Assembly (NCBI GenBank): GCA_963813715.1
Contig: CAWFAK010000002.1
Span: 96,001-160,000 of the forward strand
Source of the DNA: an uncultured Planctomycetaceae bacterium
GTDB lineage: Bacteria > Planctomycetota > Planctomycetia > Planctomycetales > Planctomycetaceae
Length of the DNA: 64,000 nucleotides
Direction: 5' to 3'
Shown: piece after piece, positions 11,802-22,562 of the stretch
Numbering within the stretch: position 1 is the stretch's first letter
How the letters are laid out: each line of letters opens with the position of its first letter
Notes under the pieces: model-generated
Seen by the model: only the letters and a program-made list of their open reading frames with translations
Database searches by the model: none
What the model was told of the DNA's origin: nothing
Position numbers and translations under genes: made by a program

Positions 11802-12910
11802 ATGGCCGACGTGATCCCCGAGACGACGCACGCGACGCCCACCCTGGCCTGGATCGGCGGAGTGGGCGGCTCGCTGCGGATCATCGACCAGACCTTGCTG
11901 CCGGGCGAGCTGCGGCTCATCGATCTGGCGACGCCCGAGCAGGTCTGGGAGGCGATCCGCGTGCTGCGTGTCCGCGGCGCACCGGCGATCGGCGTCGCGG
12001 CCGCTTACGGCGTCGTGATCGGCCTGCAGACGGTGCTCGAGGCGTCCCGACCTGACTTCGATCGGCGTCTCGCTGAAGTGGCCGAGTATTTAAACGGCAG
12101 CCGGCCGACGGCCGTCAATCTGGCCTGGGCGCTGGCCCGCATGCTGGACGTCGCCGCGTCGCTGCCGGAGTTGCCGCGGCTCAGATGGCCGCCCGACTGT
12201 TGGAGGAAGCGCGGCAGATCGAAGCGGAAGACCGCGAGATGTGTGCCGCCATCGGCCGCGCGGGGGCCGACCTCCTGGCCGACGGCACGGGCGTGCTGAC
12301 GCACTGCAATGCGGGAGCCTTGGCGACTGCGGGCGACGGCACCGCGCTCGCCGTGATCTATGCCGCTGTGCGCCAGGGGAAACGGCTCCAGGTGTTTGCC
12401 GATGAAACGCGGCCCCTCCTGCAAGGGGCGCGGCTGACTGCTTGGGAGCTGACCGAGCGCGGCATCCCCGTGACTCTGCTCTGCGATTCGGCCGCCGGCT
12501 GGATCATGCACGAAGGGCGCATTCAGGCCGTCGTCACTGGGGCCGACCGGATTGCCGCCAACGGCGACACGGCCAATAAGATCGGCACGTATTCTGTCGC
12601 GCACCTCGCCCGAGCGCACGGCATCCCGTTTTACGTCGCGGCTCCCACCAGCACGTTCGACCTGAGTGCCTTCGACGGTCGCAGCATTCCGATCGAGGAA
12701 CGCGCGGCCAGCGAAGTCACTCATCCGTTCGAGCGGCAGACGGCGCCCGTCGCGATCACTGCCCGCAATCCGGCCTTCGACGTGACGCCCGCCGAGCTGA
12801 TTACGGCACTGATCACCGAACGCGGCTTGATTCAACCGGTCAATCGCGACACCATTCGCGCCGTCGTCGGCCGCCCCGATCCGCGGCCCCGGAGCTTGAT
12901 CGGCACATGA
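11802..12910 (+). CDS. mtnA: S-methyl-5-thioribose-1-phosphate isomerase; frameshift near 12180
   Basis: [71 protein letters not shown]. Confidence 0.95.
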
Positions 12911-14433
12911 ACTTCGCGCTGATCGGCGACGACCCGGAAATCCTGCCGCTCGTAAGCGCGATCGCCGCCCGACCCACGAACCGTCTCGAGTGCGCGGCCC
13001 TGGTGGGCGAACTCGCTTCGGAGCTGCGCTCGATCGCTCCCGCCATCCGCCTGCTGCCCCGCTGGGACGCAATTTTGACGGCCGGACAGATCGACGCCGT
13101 GCTCGTCTGCGGCAGCGACGACGCCATCCTCGAGGCGGCCCGGCAGTTAGCGGCCGCCGGCAATCCTCTCATGATCTTGCCGCGAAGCGCGCAGGGTTCG
13201 ACCTGGATTTACGAACTCTCGCTGATTCGCGACGAAGGGAACGCCTGGATCGTGCCGATTTTTGTCGATCGCGCGCTGCCGGGTTTCGAGCGGATTCTCG
13301 CCGCGCTTGACGCCGGCGCGCTGGGACGGCCGCTTTACTTGCGGATCGACCGCGAAATGCAGACGGCCGCCGACACCGGGCATCCCGGGCTGTCCAAAGT
13401 CGCGCTGGAAGATGCCCTGCTCCACGATGCCGACTTGCTGCGGAGCTTGGGCGGCGATTACAGCCGAGTCACCGCCGGTCTCTCGGGAGCCGTCGACGAT
13501 CGCGTGGCGGCCGCGGCGATTACCCTCTCGGGCGAGGGGCTGCCGGAGGCGACCTGGATGGTCCGCGGCACGACGAGCCCGTCTCGTTTCAATCTGGTCA
13601 TTGCCGGCGAACGCGGCGAAATTGCCGTGACCGCAGCGAGCGATCCGCCGGCCTGGTCGGTGCGGACCGAGCGAGTCACGCTGCCGGACTTCGACGAATC
13701 GCTCTGGACCGACGACGGCTCGGCCGCCTTGGACTCGATCGAGCGACTGTTGGCTCGCCGAGCGGAGGGAAATCGACCCGCCGTTTCCTCGTCCGCCAAC
13801 TTGCGCGCGTCGCATTCAGATCGCTCGGACGCAGCCGCCTGGACTGATCTGGTCCGTGCGTTCGAGGTGGTCGATGCGGCCCGCGTGTCAGTTCGCCGCC
13901 GGCGGGCCATCGATCTGCACTCGGAAACAGCGTCCGAACGCAATCTCTTCAAATCGCAGATGACGGCCCTCGGGTGTCTCACGCTGACGCTGACGCTCGT
14001 CGGCGTGTTGTTCCTGCTCTTGCTCATGCCGATGCTCGACGCCCGCAGCCGCGACCAGATCGAAGCCGAGCGGGCGGGCTCGATCGTGCGCCGCGACGAG
14101 TTCAAGCCGCAAAGCGCGGAGCTGAACGAGTCGGGAATCGAACATCTTCACCGCCTGGTGCCCCCGATGGGCGGCACCCGATTCCCCGTGCTCGTCGAGA
14201 CAGCGCCCTCGTCGGACGATCGGGCCCTCAATGAGAAGCGCCACGACGTCGTGGTCGACACGCTCAAGAAGCTGGGTGTCAACGACGCGGCCCAGCGGAC
14301 GCAGGTCGTGCCGATCGTCGGCGAATGGTATCCGCAGGCGCTCCGCTTCGTGCGGGTGCTGGTGTTTGCGCCGCTCGCCCTGTTTCTCGTGCTGCAGTTC
14401 TTCGTCTTCCTCACGCGGCCGGGGGCACGCTAA
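12907..14433 (+). CDS. Membrane protein: degenerate Gfo/Idh/MocA-like N-terminal region, two TM helices enclosing an 80-aa OmpA/CpaD-like domain
   Basis: MNFALIGDD (no GxGxxG), [42 protein letters not shown] and [23 protein letters not shown] overlap with mtnA. Confidence 0.75.
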   Translation: MNFALIGDDPEILPLVSAIAARPTNRLECAALVGELASELRSIAPAIRLLPRWDAILTAGQIDAVLVCGSDDAILEAARQLAAAGNPLMILPRSAQGSTWIYELSLIRDEGNAWIVPIFVDRALPGFERILAALDAGALGRPLYLRIDREMQTAADTGHPGLSKVALEDALLHDADLLRSLGGDYSRVTAGLSGAVDDRVAAAAITLSGEGLPEATWMVRGTTSPSRFNLVIAGERGEIAVTAASDPPAWSVRTERVTLPDFDESLWTDDGSAALDSIERLLARRAEGNRPAVSSSANLRASHSDRSDAAAWTDLVRAFEVVDAARVSVRRRRAIDLHSETASERNLFKSQMTALGCLTLTLTLVGVLFLLLLMPMLDARSRDQIEAERAGSIVRRDEFKPQSAELNESGIEHLHRLVPPMGGTRFPVLVETAPSSDDRALNEKRHDVVVDTLKKLGVNDAAQRTQVVPIVGEWYPQALRFVRVLVFAPLALFLVLQFFVFLTRPGAR

Positions 14434-14468
14434 AGAGCGAATGACGAAAGAAGCACGAAGCGCAAAGG

Positions 14469-14777
14469 TTACTGCGCCGGGCGGTGCCAGTATTGTTGGC
14501 TATACGGAGAAGCCGGCGAGAGTCCCCAGCCGCCGACGATCTGCGACTGATTGAGCACGTGCTTGTAGTTGTACGGACGGAACGAGTGGAAACCGGAATA
14601 GGCCGGAATTTCCTGCGTGTAGCCGTGCAGCCAGGGCGCCCGGCTATCGAAGCAGTAGCGGGCCTCGGCCGGGGCGACCATCGATTCGACGACGTTGGGC
14701 TGCGGCGCCGGCATGACGGCGGCCGGACCGGCCCCCAACAGAGCCGACATTAAAACGGGCCAGCAGTTCGCCGCCAT
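14469..14777 (-). CDS. Small secreted aromatic-rich hypothetical protein
   Basis: GGAGG RBS, hydrophobic N-terminus, Y/W/H-rich C-terminus (PWLHGYTQEIPAYSGFHSFRPYNYKH...PYSQQYWHR). Confidence 0.7.
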   Translation of the reverse strand: MAANCWPVLMSALLGAGPAAVMPAPQPNVVESMVAPAEARYCFDSRAPWLHGYTQEIPAYSGFHSFRPYNYKHVLNQSQIVGGWGLSPASPYSQQYWHRPAQ

Positions 14778-15200
14778 CGGTAACCTCCGTGTCTTCGGGG
14801 GCGCGTCATTCGTCGCGCGGGGATCGAGCCCTCGTCCGTGAGGGGCAGATCGCAATCTTCCGTAATCTATCGGCTCGACCGACCGACCCTTGCCGGTGAA
14901 CCAGGCCGCCCGCCGTTAGCTGTGCCGGATTAGTCGGCGGTCCCCGCCGCGATTCGCCCGTTTGTCGCATTGTGTGATCAGTTCGCAGGCGAACGAGTGT
15001 CGGGATTTCCCGGCCGGCGGACGTCAAAGGCGGCGGTTGTGGGAAACTGATTCTTGCGGGGGACGGTCAGAAGCCGTTCGGGCGGCAAAACCCAAACTTC
15101 CCGTTCAATTCGCAAGACCCGCATAACCGATACGACCGTAAACACCCGTCTCTGAGCCATTTGCACGGACGGATTGCGCTCCAGAGAAATCGGATCCCCG

Positions 15201-17273
15201 ATGTCTGACATGTTTGCGGCAACACCGCATTCTCGACCGACCCGGCGACGAACGCTCCTCTCGGAGACGGTTCGTCGGCCTTGGCGCATTCGCACGGCTG
15301 CCTGTTTGCTCGCCGGTTGTGGCCTCGCCCTGCCGACGACGCGACTGGCCGCACAGCAACAGTGGGCTCCCGTGCCGTCGGCGGCCGTCGTCGCAGAAGC
15401 GCCCCCGCGGCCCCATTCGGGCCATCCGCTGCCCGAGCAAATCAGCGCGATGCCGAGCGTTTCCGAAAACCTCGAAATCGTACAGCATCACAGCCAGCTC
15501 TTGGTCGCACGCACCAATGTCGTGCGGACGGCCGTGGCCGATCCGACCATCGTCGACATCGTGCAATACAGCCCGAGCGAGCTGTCGATCATCGGGCTGG
15601 AACTGGGCAGCACCACGCTCACGCTCTGGTTCGACAACAGCCATCAGCCGTTGATCTACCAGGTCAACACGATTCGCGACCCCAACGTCGAAGAGCGTCG
15701 CCGGCTCGACTTCAGCAAGCTCGAACGGAAGCTGGCGATCCTCTTCCCGAACAGCAAGGTCTACCTGATTCCCTTCTCCGGCAAGCTCGTGGTGAAGGGG
15801 CAGGCCCACGACACCGAGGAAGCGGCCAAGATCCTGCAGATCATCCGCGGCGAAGTCGCCGTGACGCCGCCGGTGTCGGCCGAATTCGCAGAGAAGCAAA
15901 CGCTCAACCAGCCGCAGCAGGCCAACCGGCGACACGTGACAATCAAGGCGGACGAATCGGCCGCCCCGGTCGCGACCGATATCGTGAATCTGCTGGAGGT
16001 ACCCGGCGAGTTCCAGGTGATGCTCCGCGTACGGATTGCCGAGCTCAACCGCTCGCTGCTCCGCAGCATGGGAGTCAACCTGAACAACGTGCTCTTCGAT
16101 CGCCGGCACACCGTGCAGCAAATCCGCAATACACGCCGGCAGTCGCTCGCGGGGATTTTTGAAAACGGCGAAATCGACGCGGCCATTCACGCCTTGATCT
16201 CCAACAACACGGCCACGATCCTGTCGGAGCCGGTGTTGACCGTGATCAGCGGGCACTCGGCCAGCTTTCTCTCAGGCGGTGAATTTGCCGTCCCGACGAT
16301 CGTCGGCGTCGAAGGGGTCGGGGCGCAGCAGACGACGTTTCACGGCTTCGGCACGTCGCTCGTCGTCACGCCGCAAGTGCTCGACCACGATCTGATCCGC
16401 ATGAAGATCTCGCCGGAATTCAGCCAGCTCGACAGCGCGAACACGGTCAACGGGATTCCCGGTGTCGACACGCGGCGGGCCGAAACGACCGTGCAGCTTC
16501 GCGAGGGGCAGACGATCGTGCTCGCCGGGCTGATCTCGCGGCAGAACAATACGTCCGTCGCCAGGACCGGCTGGAGCGACATGCCGGTCGTCGGACCGCT
16601 GTTCTCCGGCAGGCGTTCGCTGCAGGAAGAGACCGAGCTGTTGATTCTGGTGACGCCGGAGATCGTGCGGCCGATGGACGGGGAAGAAGTGCCGCCGGTG
16701 CCCGGGCACGAAGTGACCGCTCCCAACAACTGCGAATTCTTCAAGTGCGGCAAGACCGAAGGCTGCCCGGACCCGAACGTTTACCAGTCGGCGCCTTACG
16801 GCACCGGTCAAAACGCGGGCGTGCCCGTCGGCTTCCAACTGTTCAATTCACATTCGACCACGCCGACGGTTCCCGCCCAGGTCATGCCGACGCCCGCGGC
16901 GCCCACCGCACCGCCGGCTCCGGGAGCCAGCACGCAGTATCGCCCCTACCAGCCGACGCAGACGCCAACAGCACAGGCGCCGGCCAGCGGCACGCTGCAA
17001 TCGCTGGGCAACGCGCAGACGGCCAACTACGGCGCGCCGACCGATGGCCCGATCGTGCAGACCGCTGCGACGTTCTCGGTCTCGGACTCGCCGCAAACTG
17101 ATTCGTCGGATCCCCGCTCGAAGTGGTACCAGCATCCGTTCCGCAGCTTCGGCTGGTCGCAGTCGACCCCGCAGCGTCCAGCCGACGGCGCGACCGCCCC
17201 GTCATCGGCTGCGGCAGCGCCACCTTCCGCAAGCGGAACGGATACGGCTCAACCGCAGCAGGTGCAGCCATGA
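15201..17273 (+). CDS. CpaC/RcpA-type secretin with pilus-formation N-terminal domain and Pro/Thr-rich tail
   Basis: VRTAVADPTIVDI...GSTTLTLW, QVMLRVRIAELNRS, ILSEPVLTVISGHSASFLSGGEFAVP, ETTVQLREGQTIVLAGL, ETELLILVTPEIV. Confidence 0.92.
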   Translation: MSDMFAATPHSRPTRRRTLLSETVRRPWRIRTAACLLAGCGLALPTTRLAAQQQWAPVPSAAVVAEAPPRPHSGHPLPEQISAMPSVSENLEIVQHHSQLLVARTNVVRTAVADPTIVDIVQYSPSELSIIGLELGSTTLTLWFDNSHQPLIYQVNTIRDPNVEERRRLDFSKLERKLAILFPNSKVYLIPFSGKLVVKGQAHDTEEAAKILQIIRGEVAVTPPVSAEFAEKQTLNQPQQANRRHVTIKADESAAPVATDIVNLLEVPGEFQVMLRVRIAELNRSLLRSMGVNLNNVLFDRRHTVQQIRNTRRQSLAGIFENGEIDAAIHALISNNTATILSEPVLTVISGHSASFLSGGEFAVPTIVGVEGVGAQQTTFHGFGTSLVVTPQVLDHDLIRMKISPEFSQLDSANTVNGIPGVDTRRAETTVQLREGQTIVLAGLISRQNNTSVARTGWSDMPVVGPLFSGRRSLQEETELLILVTPEIVRPMDGEEVPPVPGHEVTAPNNCEFFKCGKTEGCPDPNVYQSAPYGTGQNAGVPVGFQLFNSHSTTPTVPAQVMPTPAAPTAPPAPGASTQYRPYQPTQTPTAQAPASGTLQSLGNAQTANYGAPTDGPIVQTAATFSVSDSPQTDSSDPRSKWYQHPFRSFGWSQSTPQRPADGATAPSSAAAAPPSASGTDTAQPQQVQP

Positions 17274-17744
17274 AGCGTCCGGCTGCTCGATCGGGTCTTT
17301 CACGCCGGATTCTGCCTGGGCCTGCTCGGCCTGTGCGGCGGTTGCGGCTGGTACGCCGCCTGCCAAACGCCCGTGCCCGACGTCTATCCGCTGGGCGCGG
17401 TCAACCGGGCTCACTATGAAACGATGCAGGCCAATGGTCAGGCGGCCGAATTCATTCTGCACCAGAACGATTTCGTCGGCAGCACCAGCGAACTTTCGCC
17501 GGCCGGCAAGGACCACGTTCTGGAAATTGCGGCCCGAGCCCGCACGATGCCTTTCCCGGTGCTCATCGAACGCTCGGAAAACAACACGAGCCCGGCCCTC
17601 GACGAGCATCGCCGCGCGAGCATCGCGCAAGTGCTGACCGACTTGGGCATCGCCGACGCGCAGACGCGGACAGTCGTCGCCCCGGCTTACGGTAAGGGGC
17701 TCGCCGGTCGCGAGCTCGAAACGGACGGCTCGGCCCGCGATTAG
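17270..17744 (+). CDS. Putative lipoprotein with an OmpA/CpaD-like domain (candidate secretin partner); 1-nt indel right after the ATG
   Basis: ATGA overlap with the secretin stop; removing one A gives MSVRLLDRVFHAGFCLGLLGLCGGC (lipoprotein-like signal) in frame with ORF 17373-17744. Confidence 0.7.
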
Positions 17745-17788
17745 TTTCGGGGACTATCGTCACAGCCGACGTCCTCGGGCAGCGCGTC

Positions 17789-19395
17789 TTATTGCGGACT
17801 TTGTCCCGCGGCAGGTTCCGTCGTCACTGATTTCGAAGAAGTCGCGGTTGGCGCGTTCAATTGCGCAAGGAGCGTGGCGGCCGCGGCTGCCGGGTCGGCG
17901 GCACTCAGGATCGATTGACTGACGGCGATCCGCCGGGCGCCCGCCGTTGCGACCGCGGCCACGTTCTCCGCGTTGATTCCGCCGATGGCGAACCAGGGGA
18001 GCGAAATCTCGGCCGCCACCGCGCGGACCAGCTCCAGCCCGGCCAACGATTCAAACGCTTTCGTCGCCGACGGGAAAACCGGTCCGACGCCCAGATAATC
18101 GGCTCCGTCGAGCACGGCACGGCGGGCCTGCTCGATCGAGTGGGTCGAAACGCCGACCAACCGCCGCGGCCCGACAATCGCGCGGGCTTCTTTTACCGGC
18201 AACTCGTCCTGCCCGACGTGCACGCCGTCCGCATCAACGGCGACGGCCAGGTCGACGCGATCGTTCATGATGAAGAGTGCCGCCGGCCTCGCACGTCCAC
18301 ACCCGCACGCGGCGGCCCAGCTCGATCAGTCGCCGCTCGGGCATGTCCTTTTCGCGCAACTGCACGATGGCCACACCGCCGGCCAACGCCGCGCGGACGG
18401 CAGGGCCGATGCCGTGCGGGCACAGCGCATCGGTCGCCAGCAGATACAAACGCCGATCCGCCAATTCGTGGGCATTGACGTCGGCCAGGGTGAGCGCCTT
18501 TTCCAGCGTGTAGAGCTCATAGCGGAGCCGCTCGAACCGCGCGGCGGCGAGGGGCGACACGAGCTTGCCGAATTCCTCCAGCGACCGCACGGCTTCCTGG
18601 GCCCGCTTAAATGCGGCTTGGGCCACTTCGGGCGGGCTCTTCCGCGTCATCTCGGCCGGCGTGCTGATCGTCGTGCCGACGTCGGCCTGCGTGTCGCGCG
18701 AACGGACGAGCCCAGCGGCGGGCAAACCGGTCAACGCGTCGCGCAGCGCGTGTCGGACACTCCTTCAGCCGCCGCGTCAAATGCGCGTCGTCGAGCGCGA
18801 AACGCGTGTAATCCTCCAATACGCGAAGCCCTTCCCGCGCACGGTTGGCGGCGGCATCTAAAATTCGCAGCGTCGCTGTCTGGTCCGTCGCCGACGTTTG
18901 TCGCCAGGCAATTTGAAAATCGACGTCGAGCGGCGCGGGGAGCGCGTCGATCGCCGCTTGCGAGTCGATATTCGGTGGAAGATCGACCTGTGCGAGCGCG
19001 CGCGACGCCGCCGATTCGACGCGACGAAGGGCTGCCAACAAGTCCGCGGTGCCGACCTCCGCTTCCCGCCCGCGACTGGCGGCGGCCTGTGCCGCAGTGG
19101 CGACGACTCGGCGAAAGTCTTCGCTCGGCGCGGAGTCCGCAGATTTGGCGTCCGAATTCGGGACGGCATCCTGCGCGGTGAGCTCTTCGATCGGTTGCGG
19201 CAGCGGACAGTGGCGCTCGAGATGCGCCCGCGTGACTCCGCCCGACGCTAGCGCAGCAGCGGCTTCGGATTCGTCGAGAAACATGGCCCACAAGAGGTGA
19301 GCGGGCTCCAATTGCGACGCGCCACACGCGGCAGCGAGCGCTGCGGCCCGCGCTAAGGCCCGGCGGGCCGCTTCGGTCATCTGATCGTCACGCAT
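17789..19395 (-). CDS. thiE: Thiamine-phosphate synthase with N-terminal Clp_N-like and ThiD2-like domains; frameshifts near 18760 and 18280
   Basis: [12 protein letters not shown]...[10 protein letters not shown] and [11 protein letters not shown] (Clp_N-like); [61 protein letters not shown]. Confidence 0.9.
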
Positions 19396-19431
19396 ACCAC
19401 CATTTTAGTGTGCTGGTCGCGAGAATTGCCG

Positions 19432-20288
19432 TTAGTCGCCGAGGATCTTCGCCCGCAGCGATTCCAGCAGTCGGACGGCGTGGCCGATGTCGGCTTTCTG
19501 GCGTTCGCGGTCGTGGGCGATTTCGCGCTCGATGGTGAGCGGGCCGTGATAGCCGAGAGTGTGGAGCGTGCGGAGATACGTCTCCATGCCGACGTCCCCT
19601 TCGCCGAGCGGGACTTCTTGTCCCCATTTCTTGGTGCGGGCGTCGGCGGGAGCCCACTTGGCGTCTTTGCAGTGGACGCTCCGGACGTAGCGGCCCACCT
19701 TGTTGAGGGCCTCGATCGGATCGCCCGTGCCGTAGAGGATCATGTTGGCTGGGTCGAAGTTGATATACAGGTTGTCGCGGCCGACGTCGCCGATGAATTC
19801 GAGCAAGTGATCGGCCGACTCCTGCCCGGTCTCGAGATTAAGCTGCTGCGCAGTTTTTCGCGAGATGGTCGAGCAGGTTGCGCGTGGTGTCGAGCAGGCT
19901 GCGATAGCCGGCCGACGCGCGGTCGGGCGGAACGAAGCCGATGTGCAGGGCGACCGTGCTGCAGCCGAGGATCTTGGCGAAATCGGCGATTTCTTTCATT
20001 TCCTGCAGCCGGGCGGCCCGCGACGCTTCGGGCACCAGGCCGACCGTGCGGGCCGTGGTCGGGATGTCGGCATAGCTTTCGCCGTCGAAGCCGCCGAAGA
20101 CGGCCGTCACGCGGATGCCCGCCTGCTCGCAGCGCTTGAGGAAATCGTTCCGCAGCGGCCTGCGTGCGGTTGCCTTGATGCGGTCCGTGGATCTGCACGG
20201 TGGGCACACCCAACTCGCGTGCCACGTCGAGGTGGACGCCCAAACCGGCGTCGATCGACGCGAAAACCCCAATTTCCCAGTTCTTCAT
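19432..20288 (-). CDS. Sugar phosphate isomerase/epimerase (xylose isomerase-like TIM barrel); frameshifts near 20150 and 19840
   Basis: LHIGFVP, NFDPANMILYG, VHCKDA, LGEGDVG, LTIERE. Confidence 0.88.
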
Positions 20289-20553
20289 CGCAGCGCCTCG
20301 CGTGGCAGGAAAACAGCCAGTGCATAGTAACCCGGCCGGATGGCGACTGTCTAACGCCCAATTCTCCGCGCACGAAGGATCGTTCCGGGGTCGAAATTCT
20401 GGTGGCTGCCTTGCCCAAATCTCCTGGTGTTCGGCGCGACCGTCAGAGTCGAAACGACCGCTAAAGTTTTCCTATTCTCACAACCGATCTCACAGTGACT
20501 GCGCCCCATTTCGCGGGGGGGCGAGGCGCGCAGATTTCGAGCACAAGGCAAAT

Positions 20554-21693
20554 ATGCGCACGATCCCCCGCCTACAAACCGTGGCCGGTCTGGCACTCGC
20601 CTGGTGCATGTTCGCGGCCGTCGGTTGCACGACGCCGCTGAAGCACGACTTCGATCCGTTCGCGCATTCGGCATGTTCCGACGTGCCTCGCGAGCTGCAG
20701 AAGGCCGTCCTTCCCGAATATCGCGTCGAACCGCCCGACGTGCTGTTGGTTGAAGTGGCCCACAACGTCCGCAGTCCGAACGAGCTGATCAAAACGGGCG
20801 AGGACCTGACCATCCGGGCCGATCTCCCCTCGGAGACGACCGGCACGGCTCCCAATCCAAACCTGACGGCCGCCGGCATCACCGGCTTCAACGACTATCA
20901 CCTGATCAACGGCTACTATCGCGTGCAGGCCGACGGCACCGTCGACCTGGGGCCGATTTACGGCGCCGTACGCGTATCCGGTATGAACCTGGAAAATGCC
21001 CGCCTGAACCTTGTGCAACACTTGCGCACCGTCAGCGGCATTGCGGACGTCAAAGCGTCGTTGTCGTACATCGACACGAGCGGCCGTCAGTTGATTGCCG
21101 GCGAACACCTTGTCCGTCCCGACGGGCAGATCTCGCTCGGCATTTACGGCAACGTCCGCGTGGCAGGCATGACGCTCGACCAGGTGACGGCGGCGGTAAC
21201 GGCGCAGCTCAGCAAATACCTGGATGATCCGGAAGTCCGCGTCGACATGCTTGGCTACAACAGCAAGGTGTTTTACGTCGTCACCGACGGCGGCGGGAAC
21301 GGTGAACGCGTCGACCGCATTCCGTTCACCGGAAATGAAACCGTGCTCGACGCAGTCGCGCAGATTCAGGGTCTGTCGGACATTTCGTCGAAACGGGTGT
21401 GGGTGGCCCGACCGTCGCCTCCGGGTTGTGCCGGTTCGCAAGTCATGATGGTCGACTGGCGAGGCATCACGCAGGACGGCGTGACCACCACGAATTATCA
21501 GATCCTTCCGGGCGACCGGATCTACATCAAGGCCGACGACCTGATTGCCTTGGATAATATGCTGGTCAAAATCACGACGCCGATCGAACGCGTGATGGGT
21601 GTGATCCTGCTCGGCGCCGGTACCTACAACCGTGTCTTGAACGCTGGCGTTGTGACGAGCGGCTCGTCGTCGACGCCGGGCACCGGATTTTAG
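20554..21693 (+). CDS. Polysaccharide export (Wza/Poly_export-like) lipoprotein
   Basis: Lipobox-like AAVGC; YRVEPPDVL, RVQADGTVDLG and LVRPDGQISLG (two export domains), GNETVLDAV, NYQILPGDRIYI. Confidence 0.88.
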   Translation: MRTIPRLQTVAGLALAWCMFAAVGCTTPLKHDFDPFAHSACSDVPRELQKAVLPEYRVEPPDVLLVEVAHNVRSPNELIKTGEDLTIRADLPSETTGTAPNPNLTAAGITGFNDYHLINGYYRVQADGTVDLGPIYGAVRVSGMNLENARLNLVQHLRTVSGIADVKASLSYIDTSGRQLIAGEHLVRPDGQISLGIYGNVRVAGMTLDQVTAAVTAQLSKYLDDPEVRVDMLGYNSKVFYVVTDGGGNGERVDRIPFTGNETVLDAVAQIQGLSDISSKRVWVARPSPPGCAGSQVMMVDWRGITQDGVTTTNYQILPGDRIYIKADDLIALDNMLVKITTPIERVMGVILLGAGTYNRVLNAGVVTSGSSSTPGTGF

Positions 21694-21847
21694 AGCAACA
21701 ACGACGCAGATCTGAAAAATTGACGGGGTGGATTCCCTTTTCACGGGAGCACTCAAGAGGTCAGTGTGCCGGGACGTTGTCCTTCCTGGTTGCGGGATCT
21801 ATCATCTTGGAAGAACCCAATTGGGATGCGGGCGACGGAGGGCTGAG

Positions 21848-22411
21848 ATGAAACGCATCGTGCTCATCGCGGGGGCCGCCTTCTTGGCGGCGACATACAG
21901 CGACCAGCTTTGGGCGCAAATCCCGCAGTATCAGGGGGGGCCTCAGACCGGCGGTGGCGGCGGACCATCGCTCAAGCGCAGCACGCGACCCGCCGTGAGC
22001 TCTTATACCGGCCTTTTGGGCTCGTCGGTCGGCGCATCGGGCGGGCTCGGGTACCAATACTTCACCCGCGTCATCCCTCAAGTCAACGCGGCACGTTCTA
22101 TTAACTCCCTCGGCCGGTCGGTGAACCGTCTGCAGTCGCAATCGGGTTCCAGTTCGTCTTCACTTTCATCGATGCAGCAGGAGCTTCTGCTCCAGCAACA
22201 GGCGACGGGTTTGAGCTTGGGGACCACCGGACACCCGACCAGCTATTTTTCGCATACGCGTTACTTCGGCACGAACTTGCAGGGCGGCACTCCCCTTTCC
22301 AGCGGAGCGGGCGGCGCTGGTGGACTGGGAGGCGGCCTGGGCGGAATTCCCGGCTCCTCGCCCGGATTCGGAACCGCCGGACTGTCCAGCGGCTCAGGTC
22401 TGCGGCACTAG
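21848..22411 (+). CDS. Secreted Gly/Ser/Gln-rich hypothetical protein
   Basis: GGAGG RBS, signal MKRIVLIAGAAFLAA; motifs RPAVSSY, YQYFTRVIPQ, TGHPTSYFSHTRYFG. Confidence 0.75.
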   Translation: MKRIVLIAGAAFLAATYSDQLWAQIPQYQGGPQTGGGGGPSLKRSTRPAVSSYTGLLGSSVGASGGLGYQYFTRVIPQVNAARSINSLGRSVNRLQSQSGSSSSSLSSMQQELLLQQQATGLSLGTTGHPTSYFSHTRYFGTNLQGGTPLSSGAGGAGGLGGGLGGIPGSSPGFGTAGLSSGSGLRH

Positions 22412-22562
22412 TGATTAGCGGCCGGTGCTCCTTAAGTGGTGATTCTTAACTGGGGAAACGCGCATTCGACGCGCCTGGGGTGAGCGACAACGCTGGTAAA
22501 TGTACCGGCGGCCGATCGAAGAATCATCGATCTGTCAGGGATGACAAATCGGAGTCAATGGA

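Noticed and set aside
20289..20553. TPP riboswitch upstream of the thiE-containing unit
   Set aside because: No recognisable CUGAGA core or TPP aptamer motifs on the minus strand
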